NCBI GenBank assembly: GCA_016186325.1
Contig: JACPLW010000012.1
Coordinates: 18,644 to 82,643, forward strand
DNA: 64,000 nt
Source of the DNA: Parcubacteria group bacterium
Lineage (GTDB): Bacteria; Patescibacteriota; Minisyncoccia; UBA10092
Direction: 5' to 3'
The notes below the pieces were generated by a model. It was not told the origin of the DNA. It saw only the letters and a program-made list of their open reading frames with translations, and did not search any database. The translations under genes were made by a program, and so were the position numbers. Below, piece after piece: positions 18,427 to 26,591 of the stretch (positions are counted from its first letter, which is position 1; each line of letters opens with the position of its first letter).

Positions 18427-18612
18427 TTGTTGCCGCGTTGCGCAGCGTTAGGAACTTTCCGGCATCATTATGGACAAGTCACCATGACCAGCCATTGATA
18501 CCATCACTTATGATAAGTTAACATACACTATTATTTTTGTCAATATTTTCTTACTATGATATAGTATGTATTAAAAAAAACAGCTCATTGAAATAGTTAT
18601 TGGGAGGCGACA

Positions 18613-19224
18613 ATGCGCGCAACCGTTTTCATTTTTGCTGTATTTATTTTTCTTGTAATCCCGCCTGTTTTCAGGCCTGAAATAGAAAATGCCGCCGATA
18701 TGCCGTATCGGCTTGACCAAAAATTTATTGAAGATATTTGGAAAAAAGTTATTCGGTTAACAAACGAAGAGGCAATAATTTTAAAAGTTGAGCCGGACAT
18801 TAAAGCGCCAAAAATAATATACATTAGCGAGCAACCGAGAGTTTCGAGACGGGGCCTACTTATTGCCGCAAAAATTACATATTATGTTGACAAAAAAATC
18901 TTGGATGAAGAAAAGATTCAAAAAGTGCTTCTGGACTATCCGAGGGTGATACGGATATATCCAGCGGCGTTTCTGCCGCTGGAAATGGCTGGCGAGCTGG
19001 TATATGGATTTATCGCTCAGGAATTCTTTCACGAAACATTGCTTCAACAATACGTTCTTCCGGATTATCACCATTGCGCGATGATTTATCGCGGCACGCT
19101 TCTTAAAGCGCTAATGTTTATAGACGGGCGCCTTGGTACGGGAAAGCGAATTACCGATACGGTTATCAAACATACCAAAGCTCAATGCGAAGAAGATTCC
19201 GGCGGCCGTATCCGTTTTAAATAA
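18613..19224 (+). CDS. Hypothetical exported/membrane-anchored protein
   Basis: Hydrophobic N-terminus, GGGAGG SD, downstream hairpin. Confidence 0.7.
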   Translation: MRATVFIFAVFIFLVIPPVFRPEIENAADMPYRLDQKFIEDIWKKVIRLTNEEAIILKVEPDIKAPKIIYISEQPRVSRRGLLIAAKITYYVDKKILDEEKIQKVLLDYPRVIRIYPAAFLPLEMAGELVYGFIAQEFFHETLLQQYVLPDYHHCAMIYRGTLLKALMFIDGRLGTGKRITDTVIKHTKAQCEEDSGGRIRFK

Positions 19225-19284
19225 GCCCCAAATAATTTATATTTAGGGGATTTTTTTATATATAAATTATATTACTTAATTTAT

Positions 19285-19749
19285 TTATCTTCTAACGGGC
19301 CCCGGTTCTGAATAGGGGATTCTTTTTTCTGAATTCTCTAACGCGGTCTTAACATGATGCATCATGTTTTCAGGTAATTTTTTTATCGGGAACCATCGAA
19401 GGTCGTCGCATTTATCCGGCTCGTTTATTCTAACTTCTCCAAACCATTTTTTACACTTAAAAAATAAATCCAACCTTTCTCCGGTTTCATCGTGTTTTGT
19501 GCGATACATAGTATGAACCAGTATTAGATCTTTTGGGTTAATATCAATCCCTAATTCTTCTTTCATTTCCCTTACTAATCCACCGATAGGCAATTCTCCG
19601 GCTTCCACATGGCCAGCCGGAACAGAATACCAGCCATCATAGTAACCAGAACCTCGCCGTCGTCCAAGCAAAATTTCTTTTCCTTTTCGAAGGAACAAAT
19701 AAACCGCCGGCACTGCTTTATTTCTTTCTTTTGATATTTTTAAATCCAT
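19285..19749 (-). CDS. NUDIX hydrolase
   Basis: GHVEAGE......REMKEELGI Nudix box; EPDKC motif. Confidence 0.92.
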   Translation of the reverse strand: MDLKISKERNKAVPAVYLFLRKGKEILLGRRRGSGYYDGWYSVPAGHVEAGELPIGGLVREMKEELGIDINPKDLILVHTMYRTKHDETGERLDLFFKCKKWFGEVRINEPDKCDDLRWFPIKKLPENMMHHVKTALENSEKRIPYSEPGPVRR

Positions 19750-20348
19750 TGATTTTTAATTAAAAAATCCTTTACTTGAACAAAAACTTTTTCATGACCG
19801 GATGCATTAGGATGCAGGCCATCATCAAAATCCTCGTTTTCTAACAACTTGATATCTAAGAAAAGTATATTATTTTTATTGCAAACTTCTTTCATAATTT
19901 CGCTATATTTCTTTATATTTTCGTTAGTGTAGTAAATATCAATCCAGGGGACAGGCATTGTTTTAGATTCGTCACAATTCTTTAAATCCACAAAAACAAC
20001 ATTATTGGTTATTTTCTTAGCCCGCTTGATAATTTCTTCCAGGTTTTCTCTGAATTTTTCCGGAGTAACCAAGTAATTACCCGGTTTGTTTTCATAAGAT
20101 GCATCGTTTCCGCCTGTTTGGAATATTAAAGCATCTGCTTCTCTGATTTTTGCCTCATTTTCAAATCGTTCTAAAATTGTTTTGGTTGTTCCGCCGGAAA
20201 TACTGCAATTATAAACTTCTACATACTCGTCGCCGTCTCTTTTAGCGACATGAAACCATAGACGGTTTACCCAGCCGCCTTTTTCCAAATCCCACGCACC
20301 CCAAGCAGTGCTATCTCCGAATATACAAATTGATTTTGGTTTAGGCAT
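19740..20348 (-). CDS. SGNH/GDSL hydrolase
   Basis: FGDS, G.ND, DGLHPN..GH. Confidence 0.92.
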   Translation of the reverse strand: MPKPKSICIFGDSTAWGAWDLEKGGWVNRLWFHVAKRDGDEYVEVYNCSISGGTTKTILERFENEAKIREADALIFQTGGNDASYENKPGNYLVTPEKFRENLEEIIKRAKKITNNVVFVDLKNCDESKTMPVPWIDIYYTNENIKKYSEIMKEVCNKNNILFLDIKLLENEDFDDGLHPNASGHEKVFVQVKDFLIKNQWI

Positions 20349-20373
20349 TGTTTTACGAGCTCAATTTTTATAT

Positions 20374-20781
20374 TTAAATTTTTGATAAATCGCCATTGAT
20401 TACACTTGGATTCATGCCGAGTAACTCATCAGTAAATATACAATCGGGAATTGGGTTAAAAAGAAAAATTTTTTTTCCACTATCAAAAGCCCGGAATACC
20501 TCAAGAAAAGTCGCGCCGCCAATATAATTTGATTGATTATTTTTATCAAAATTAAGCACTAAAATCGCATCATTTGCCAAAACTTTAGTATCTTGGTTTT
20601 TCAACATGTCGGCTTTCCATTTTTGATGCGCGTCGGGTCCGATTTCTTTCATTTCGTTTTCTTTCATAGGGTTGTCGTAACTGTTCGGTAATGTAACAAA
20701 GTGTCCTAGAGCTTCCAGTTTTTGTTTAATCAACCCAACCTTGTCGTAATTGTGTTTGCTGGCACAAATAAAAATTTTCAT
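20374..20781 (-). CDS. Hypothetical protein, nucleoside 2-deoxyribosyltransferase-like Rossmann fold
   Basis: DAILVLN..K....NYIGG.TFLE pattern. Confidence 0.6.
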   Translation of the reverse strand: MKIFICASKHNYDKVGLIKQKLEALGHFVTLPNSYDNPMKENEMKEIGPDAHQKWKADMLKNQDTKVLANDAILVLNFDKNNQSNYIGGATFLEVFRAFDSGKKIFLFNPIPDCIFTDELLGMNPSVINGDLSKI

Positions 20782-21311
20782 AGTTTATTGTTCATAATCA
20801 TTTTTTGAATTAGGGGATGAAAATGACCTTTGTATTTTTCTTGAACGCCAGGAATTTTCCAATCGTTTTCTGTTAGAATTTTTCGGCAATCTTTCGCACC
20901 GCAAAAACACGGCTCTTTATCGTCAGTGTATTCGCTATCTTCAAAATTCCAGGTACCTTGGTCTAAAGTTATTTCTTCTCCCGCTTCTATATCTCTTTTC
21001 GCGACAATTGTAACTTCGTCAATAAGCCAGGTATTGGCGTCGCAAGAATGATTAAGATTTTCGTCTAGGCTTTCTTGCGTATCGCTTTTTGGCAAAGCCA
21101 AATAGCTATTTTCATCCACTATCCAAACGGAACGGCTTCTGTAATTTCCAGAAAGTGCTTCTTCTTTTGAAATCAGCTCGCCTCCAAACTCCATAACCTT
21201 TTCTCCTTCCGAAATTTTTTCACCGGTAAAAACACCCTCGCCGTGAATAGGAGATTTGCCAGCTTTAAGTTTCGGATTGACCCAAGTGCGTGATAGATAT
21301 TGTTTTTTCAC
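20778..21311 (-). CDS. SET-domain protein-lysine methyltransferase
   Basis: SPIHG.GVF, NHSCD.N, GEEIT.D, post-SET C.CG...CR. Confidence 0.9.
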   Translation of the reverse strand: MKKQYLSRTWVNPKLKAGKSPIHGEGVFTGEKISEGEKVMEFGGELISKEEALSGNYRSRSVWIVDENSYLALPKSDTQESLDENLNHSCDANTWLIDEVTIVAKRDIEAGEEITLDQGTWNFEDSEYTDDKEPCFCGAKDCRKILTENDWKIPGVQEKYKGHFHPLIQKMIMNNKL

Positions 21312-21721
21312 ATTTGTCGATTAATCATATCCGAATAATGTTCTATCATAAAATCGTGATAAAACTTATTATCGGAAATGTATTTGTAAACATTAGCCGT
21401 TTTTTCTGGCGATTCGTTGTTGAATTCGGCGCATAACTTATCAATTTCCTGCTCATTTTCAGGAGATAATCTATACTCTTTAATATTGCCGTCTTGGAAC
21501 TTAAATAAGAATATTATTTCCTTTTCGCCGATAATTTCGTTCCAAAAGCCATTTGTGAGTTTATTTTTTACAAGTTCAATATATTGAGGTAGTTTGTCCT
21601 CAGGAATTTTAAGCGAGCGATCGCCGTCAGTATCTATGTCTTCAATTTTAATATCCAAATCTTCCAATTCCTTATCTTCAATTTTTTCCGCTCCCATTAG
21701 ATAACTTAAATAATAAGACAT
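21308..21721 (-). CDS. Acidic hypothetical protein
   Basis: 137-aa ORF, ATGA-coupled to the SET gene. Confidence 0.75.
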   Translation of the reverse strand: MSYYLSYLMGAEKIEDKELEDLDIKIEDIDTDGDRSLKIPEDKLPQYIELVKNKLTNGFWNEIIGEKEIIFLFKFQDGNIKEYRLSPENEQEIDKLCAEFNNESPEKTANVYKYISDNKFYHDFMIEHYSDMINRQM

Positions 21722-21779
21722 GGTTTATTTTTTAATTTTATTACTAGGCATCTCAGTCATTTGACTTAGCATATGTTTG

Positions 21780-21850
21780 CTCGGGGACAGGGAATCGAAC
21801 CCCAATTAACGGCTTCAAAGGCCGCTGTCCGACCATTAGACGATCCCCGA
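21780..21850 (-). tRNA. tRNA-Gln(TTG)
   Basis: TCGGGGA/TCCCCGA acceptor, CT-TTG-AA loop, GTTCGATTC; CCA not encoded. Confidence 0.93.
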
Positions 21851-21884
21851 ATATTTATAAATTTTCAAACTTGTCTCTTATTTC

Positions 21885-22946
21885 TTACTTGCCCTCCGTA
21901 GCCTTGGCGAAGGAGAGTTCCTTACTACTTATTATCTCCACCGCCGCGAGTTCTATCGGCAAAGAGGGGATTGGTGAGCGCTTTATATCCTGCTGGGCGA
22001 TAAAAAGAATCTTAATCGCTTGGGCGGTTTTATCAAGCGGCCACGCTTCGGATTGTTTTTTTACCGTTTCAATTTGGTCCGGAGTGAGTTCTTGCACCAT
22101 TAGCTCTACAAGAGAAGAATCAACTTTAACAAGAAGAATTTTTCGGAAATGGTTTATTAACGATTTAGTAAATTCCTGAAGATCCGTTCCATCTTCGCAC
22201 AATTTTCCGACATAATCTATCGCTTCTTTGGGATTAACAGAGCAAAGGTGATCGGCCATTATTTTTACTTTTTCAAAATCAACCGCGCCTAAAAGTTCTT
22301 CTATATCTTGTTTCGTGATACTTTTTTCGCTCCAGTTTCTTAACTGTTCAAGCATTGATTCGGCATCACGATAGCTTCCTCCGGCATAATTGGCAATTAA
22401 CCTTATGGCATCATCATTAATTTTTATTTTTTCCGCTTCAATAATTTTTGAAAGTTTTTTCATGATTTCCAAAACCGTAAGCCGTCTGAAAGCAAACTGC
22501 TGGACGCGTGATAAAATGGTTTCCGGTACTTTGTGAGCTTCGGTTGTCGCCAGAACAAAAATTGCGTGAGCCGGCGGTTCTTCCAATGTCTTTAAAAGAG
22601 CGTTAAACGCTTCCTTAGTAAGCTGATGAACCTCATCAATAATAAAAACCTTATATTTTCCAGCAGTCGGCGCGAATTTTATTCCCTCCCGCAATTCTCT
22701 TATCTCATCAATGCCCCTGTTTGAAGCGGCATCAATTTCTATGAGGTCAAGGTCGGAACATTCAAGCGACTTTGCCAGAAGCCGGGCTATGGTGGTTTTC
22801 CCCGTGCCGCGCGGCCCGGAAAATAAATAAGCGTGGCCAACGCGATTAAGTTTCAAGGCATTGGTCAGAGTCCTTACGACATGCTCCTGCCCGATAACTT
22901 CACTCCATTCCTGCGGCCGATATTTTCTATATAAAACAAGATTCAT
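21885..22946 (-). CDS. dnaX: DNA polymerase III subunit gamma/tau (short form)
   Basis: LYRKYRP, GPRGTGKTT, EIDAASNRGID, IIDEVH, FNALLKTLEEPP. Confidence 0.96.
   Translation of the reverse strand: MNLVLYRKYRPQEWSEVIGQEHVVRTLTNALKLNRVGHAYLFSGPRGTGKTTIARLLAKSLECSDLDLIEIDAASNRGIDEIRELREGIKFAPTAGKYKVFIIDEVHQLTKEAFNALLKTLEEPPAHAIFVLATTEAHKVPETILSRVQQFAFRRLTVLEIMKKLSKIIEAEKIKINDDAIRLIANYAGGSYRDAESMLEQLRNWSEKSITKQDIEELLGAVDFEKVKIMADHLCSVNPKEAIDYVGKLCEDGTDLQEFTKSLINHFRKILLVKVDSSLVELMVQELTPDQIETVKKQSEAWPLDKTAQAIKILFIAQQDIKRSPIPSLPIELAAVEIISSKELSFAKATEGK
21888..21917. repeat. 30-bp CTTGCC-hairpin repeat forming the last 10 codons of dnaX (LSFAKATEGK)
   Basis: CTTGCCCTCCGTAGCCTTGGCGAAGGAGAG; homologous to 27070-27129 and 36681-36710. 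Confidence 0.85.
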
Positions 22947-22989
22947 ACGCGGTTTACTTTATCACAAAATTAGTATAAAGTAAAAAATA

Positions 22990-23283
22990 ATCCCCCACCC
23001 TTAAAGCATAGATTATGTTTTATGTTTATATATTAAAATCTAAAAAAGATGATAGTATCTATATTGGCTTTGCCCCAGATTTGAAAGCCAGATTTATAAA
23101 ACATAATCAAGGACTGGTTCAATCAACTAAAAATCTAAGACCATTGGAATTAGCATATTATGAAGCTTACAAATCTAAAAAAGACACTCTCATGAGAGAA
23201 AAAAGACTTAAACAATTTAAAAAAGGATATGCTTCGCTTAAAGGTCGAATAATAAACTCTTTAATGCTTTAAGGGTGGGGGAT
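22990..23283. mobile_element. Putative ~294-bp mobile element: GIY-YIG nuclease gene between 20-bp perfect terminal inverted repeats
   Basis: ATCCCCCACCCTTAAAGCAT (22990-23009) / ATGCTTTAAGGGTGGGGGAT (23264-23283). Confidence 0.75.
23015..23272 (+). CDS. Stand-alone GIY-YIG nuclease
   Basis: FYVYIL...YIG...DL..R...HN, YYEAY...RE..LK; stop codon lies inside the right inverted repeat. Confidence 0.92.
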   Translation: MFYVYILKSKKDDSIYIGFAPDLKARFIKHNQGLVQSTKNLRPLELAYYEAYKSKKDTLMREKRLKQFKKGYASLKGRIINSLML

Positions 23284-23431
23284 GAAAAATTATTCGCGAA
23301 ACAACGCTGGAAAAGGCAAAACCGCTTTTAGGACAGGAGACAAATGGCGAGCAAGAAAAAATATAGTGGTAAGAGATATAAAAAGCATGCATAGAAGCAA
23401 GTCTCGACTGCCGCAATTAAAATCACAATAA
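23282..23431 (+). CDS. Small basic protein (49 aa), not in the ORF track
   Basis: MKNYSRNNAGKGKTAFRTGDKWRARKNIVVRDIKSMHRSKSRLPQLKSQ; fills the gap to the patatin gene, ATG at the element end. Confidence 0.5.
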   Translation: MKNYSRNNAGKGKTAFRTGDKWRARKNIVVRDIKSMHRSKSRLPQLKSQ

Positions 23432-23438
23432 AAATACC

Positions 23439-24290
23439 ATGGCTATCAAAAAAATAGGCCTAGCTTTAGGCGGCGGGGGAGCAAAAGGGTTTGCTCATAT
23501 TGGCGTTATTAAAGCGCTTGAAGCGGCAGGAATTAATATTGATTATATTGCCGGCACCAGTATGGGGGCTCTTATCGGAGGTTATTACGCCGCGACTAAA
23601 GATATTAAGACGCTTGAAGAATTGTCGCTCGGTATTAAAAAAAGCGACATTTTTCCCATCAGTGAAGTAATCCGCAGAAAAGACGGATCGCTGTTCCGGG
23701 GCGAATCAATAGTAAAACTCCTTGATCATCGCCTGTCTGGCATAAAAATTGAAGATTGTAAAATTCCTTTTACAGCCGTGGCTACTGATTTAAAAACTGG
23801 AGACGAAATAAAACTTAAAAGCGGAAGTTTAACAGACGCGATACGCGCAAGCATTGCCATACCTGTAGTTTTCAGTCCTGTAGAAATAGACGGGAGATTT
23901 CTTATGGACGGCGGCTTTTCAAATCCCGTTCCGGCCGATATCGTTAGAGAAATGGGGGCTGATATTGTAATCGCTGTTGATGTTTCCAGCCGTTGGATTA
24001 TGGCGCCTGACGAAATATTAAACACTCATGATATTTACTCTTTATTCAGTAATGCTTTATCGGTAATCGAGTATCAGCTTGCAAAAAACATTCTTAAAGA
24101 CGCGGATATTGTTATTCGCCCGCCGGTTTTAACCTACGACTGGATGGCATTTGATAAATCGGCCGAGATAATAAAAACCGGCCAAAAAGAACTGGAACTT
24201 AATCTTAAAGAAATAAGAAAAAAAACCGGTCATCATACCCCGCGCCGCACTACCCTTGAAAAGTTTTTTGACTTTATTATAAATAAATAA
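23439..24290 (+). CDS. Patatin-like phospholipase (RssA family)
   Basis: LGGGGAKG, GTSMG, DGG motifs. Confidence 0.93.
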   Translation: MAIKKIGLALGGGGAKGFAHIGVIKALEAAGINIDYIAGTSMGALIGGYYAATKDIKTLEELSLGIKKSDIFPISEVIRRKDGSLFRGESIVKLLDHRLSGIKIEDCKIPFTAVATDLKTGDEIKLKSGSLTDAIRASIAIPVVFSPVEIDGRFLMDGGFSNPVPADIVREMGADIVIAVDVSSRWIMAPDEILNTHDIYSLFSNALSVIEYQLAKNILKDADIVIRPPVLTYDWMAFDKSAEIIKTGQKELELNLKEIRKKTGHHTPRRTTLEKFFDFIINK

Positions 24291-24302
24291 ATAACAATAA
24301 CT

Positions 24303-24917
24303 ATGAAATACGAACTGCCAAAACTGCCATATTCTTACGATGCACTAGAACCTTACATTGACACTAAGACAATGGAAATCCACCATGGAAAACACCATCA
24401 GTTTTATATTGATAAGCTCAACGCTGCTTTGGAAAAATATCCCGATTTAGCCGATAACCCCGCCCTTAAGCTTAAGAGCGGGGATAAAAAACTGGAGGAG
24501 CTTATAAAAGACCTGCCCAATTTAACTATGGTAGACGAAGCCGACAAAAAAGCGATTCATAACAACGGCGGGGGACACATAAACCATTCGTTTTTCTGGC
24601 AAATTATGGCGCCGCAAAAAGAAGTTGATGAAGCATTGTTTGAAGAGATTAAATCAACTTTCGGTTCGCCGGAAGAATTTAAAAAAATATTCAGCAACAC
24701 CGCCGCCACCCACTTTGGCAGCGGATGGGCTTGGCTGGCGCGCGACGAACAAAATAAACTTCAAATATATTCATTGCCAAATCATGATTTTCCTTATTTG
24801 AAAGGCCATCAGCCTCTTATAGTACTTGATCTCTGGGAACACGCCTATTATCTAAAATACCAGAACCGCCGGGCCGAATATATAGAAAATTGGTGGAATG
24901 TTTTGAAGTTATTATAG
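24303..24917 (+). CDS. sodA: Fe/Mn superoxide dismutase
   Basis: HHGKHH, NNGGGH.NH, FGSGW.WL, DLWEHAYY. Confidence 0.95.
   Translation: MKYELPKLPYSYDALEPYIDTKTMEIHHGKHHQFYIDKLNAALEKYPDLADNPALKLKSGDKKLEELIKDLPNLTMVDEADKKAIHNNGGGHINHSFFWQIMAPQKEVDEALFEEIKSTFGSPEEFKKIFSNTAATHFGSGWAWLARDEQNKLQIYSLPNHDFPYLKGHQPLIVLDLWEHAYYLKYQNRRAEYIENWWNVLKLL
24458..24483. mobile_element. 26-bp palindrome with ATAA target duplication, in frame in sodA (NPALKLKSGD)
   Basis: ATAA-CCCCGCCCTTAAGCTTAAGAGCGGGG-ATAA; 26+4=30 bp; near copy at 63611-63636. Confidence 0.8.
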
Positions 24918-24923
24918 GGTTGG

Positions 24924-25041
24924 CCCCGTTAGAAGTCCGACAAGTCGGCAGACGTCGTCGGCGTCTTACTTCTAACGGGGTTGACCCCGTTAGAAGTCCG
25001 ACAAGTCGGCAGACGCCGTCGGCGTCTTACTTCTAACGGGG
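24924..25041. mobile_element. Two tandem 57-bp CCCGTTAGAA-family elements (24924-24980, 24985-25041)
   Basis: Near-identical to 11205-11260; separated and followed by TTGA. Confidence 0.88.
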
Positions 25042-25069
25042 TTGACAGATTATGTAGATTTGATATAAT
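25042..25069 (+). promoter_or_regulatory. Sigma70-type promoter TTGACA-N16-TATAAT with extended -10 TG
   Basis: TTGACA 25042-25047, TGA-TATAAT 25061-25069. Confidence 0.78.
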
Positions 25070-25074
25070 GTAGG

Positions 25075-25573
25075 TAATGCTGGGAAACAGGCCGAATCCT
25101 GGTTGTAAGACAAGTTTCAGGTGCCTCGAAGAGCATGGACCTATCCCAGCAGCACATTTTTCCTTAACAAAGCCAAAAATCGGCGCGACAGTTCTGTAAC
25201 TGTCCAAATGTGCCGGAGACTAACCTTTGCGGTTTTGCCTCTGTCGCGCCGAACAAAATCCCGTTGCCACTGTCGCTGTCGCGACAGGGGAGACGCCTTC
25301 TTACCTAGCGTCTCGTGAAGCAACGGAACTAAAGTCCTGGCCACATGTCCATGCGGGGTTGGTGGTCCAGGAGCGGTGCCCTATCGCCACAAGTGAGATG
25401 GGCAAACCGATGGTAGTGAGCCTCTCGGTTAGTAATTCAACTCCTTCGCTGTTGACCTATGGTCCACGGTGAATGCGCCTCTTGGCACACCCGTGTAAAG
25501 GATGGCCGCCATGTGCCGTCTAACAGCGAAGATCGTTCCTGCCTGCGCGAGCTCACCGCGCAGGCCTTTTTTT
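25075..25573 (+). ncRNA. Candidate large structured non-coding RNA (~490 nt), family not recognised
   Basis: GC-rich, no credible ORF, at least 7 helical domains, own promoter and terminator. Confidence 0.65.
25541..25573 (+). terminator. Intrinsic terminator
   Basis: GCCTGCGCG-loop-CGCGCAGGC followed by CTTTTTTT. Confidence 0.85.
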
Positions 25574-25633
25574 ATTCTTCTTAAAGAAGAATAACCCTTC
25601 CGTAGCCCCGCTTTTCGGGGCGAAGGAGGGTAC

Positions 25634-26491
25634 TCAACTATTTAATATACTTCCAACAAAATCTCTGTGGCCGTTTAGAAATTCTTCGGCAGTCAATATT
25701 TTTCCGCCCTCAAGTTGAAGTTTTTTTATAATTAAAATATTTTTGCCACATTTAATTATGATGTCGCTATTTTTCAGAAAAATTTCACCCTGCCTGCCGG
25801 CAGGCAGGCGATTTTTATTGTTACTATCATAAAAAATATCCGCTTCTATTATTTTTAAACTTTTACCATTCCACATTGTCCAAGCGCTTGGCCACGGATA
25901 ATAGCCCCTGGTCATTCTTTCAATCTCGCCTGCGCTTTTTGTCCAATCAATTTTTCCGTCTTCTTTTTTTATAATTTTAGTATAAGTCGCTTTCGAATGC
26001 TCTTGTTCAATCGGCTTAATTTTTCCTGAAATATAATCGGGAATAGTTTTTATCAAAAGCTCCGCCCCTATTTCGGCAAGTTTTTTAGAAAGAGTTTCAT
26101 AACTATCTGATTTAGAAATTAGAAATTTGGACTTAGAAATTATCGCCCCGTGGTCCATTTCTTCATCAATTTTTATTATAGTTACGCCCGTTTCTTTTTC
26201 ACCGTTTAAAATAGCCGACTGAATCGGCGAAGCGCCGCGGTATTTTGGAAGTAGCGATGGATGAACATTAATAAAACCATAGCGGGGGATATCTAAAATT
26301 TCTTTTGGCAAAATCTTTCCGTAAGCCGCTATTAAGCCCAGATCCGGCTTTAAATCTTTTAGTTTTTCTATTAAAACAGAAACCGATTCCTTAGGGTCGC
26401 GAAACATGGCTTGCGGTTCAAGCCCTGATTTTATTAACTTTTCCAAAATTATCGTCGCAAATTCCGGCGTCCCAAAAAATATAAATTTCAT
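25634..26491 (-). CDS. fmt: Methionyl-tRNA formyltransferase
   Basis: FFGTPEFA, AAYG, INVHPSLLP.YRGASP. Confidence 0.96.
   Translation of the reverse strand: MKFIFFGTPEFATIILEKLIKSGLEPQAMFRDPKESVSVLIEKLKDLKPDLGLIAAYGKILPKEILDIPRYGFINVHPSLLPKYRGASPIQSAILNGEKETGVTIIKIDEEMDHGAIISKSKFLISKSDSYETLSKKLAEIGAELLIKTIPDYISGKIKPIEQEHSKATYTKIIKKEDGKIDWTKSAGEIERMTRGYYPWPSAWTMWNGKSLKIIEADIFYDSNNKNRLPAGRQGEIFLKNSDIIIKCGKNILIIKKLQLEGGKILTAEEFLNGHRDFVGSILNS
25789..25808. repeat. CCTGCCTGCCGGCAGGCAGG palindrome inside fmt (RLPAGRQG)
   Basis: Perfect 20-bp GC palindrome in an AT-rich gene; variant at 4720-4738. Confidence 0.85.
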
Positions 26492-26587
26492 CCCGTTAGA
26501 AATCTATCTAGATTTTTCTTAATTATAAATACAATAGTAGTTGCTAATCTTAATTTAGTTTTATCTAATATAAAATTTCTAACGGGA
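26491..26587. mobile_element. CCCGTTAGAA-family element (97 bp, AT-rich core) at the def/fmt junction
   Basis: TIR TCCCGTTAGAAAT/ATTTCTAACGGGA; TTCA on both flanks. Confidence 0.88.
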
Positions 26588-26591
26588 TTCA

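Noticed and set aside
18440-18525. Alternative genetic code (TGA=Gly) to lengthen leader ORFs
   Set aside because: TGA terminates core genes (proS, mrdA, scpA) and RF2 is present, so code 11 applies.
24924-25045. Tandem repeats as a CRISPR array
   Set aside because: Only two units, 4-bp separators, no unique spacers and no cas genes; they are copies of a dispersed element.
25075-25573. tmRNA, or ORFs 25121-25318, 25227-25472, 25141-25344
   Set aside because: No tRNA-like acceptor/T-arm ends found; the ORFs have weak starts, atypical composition and overlap each other in GC-rich structured DNA.
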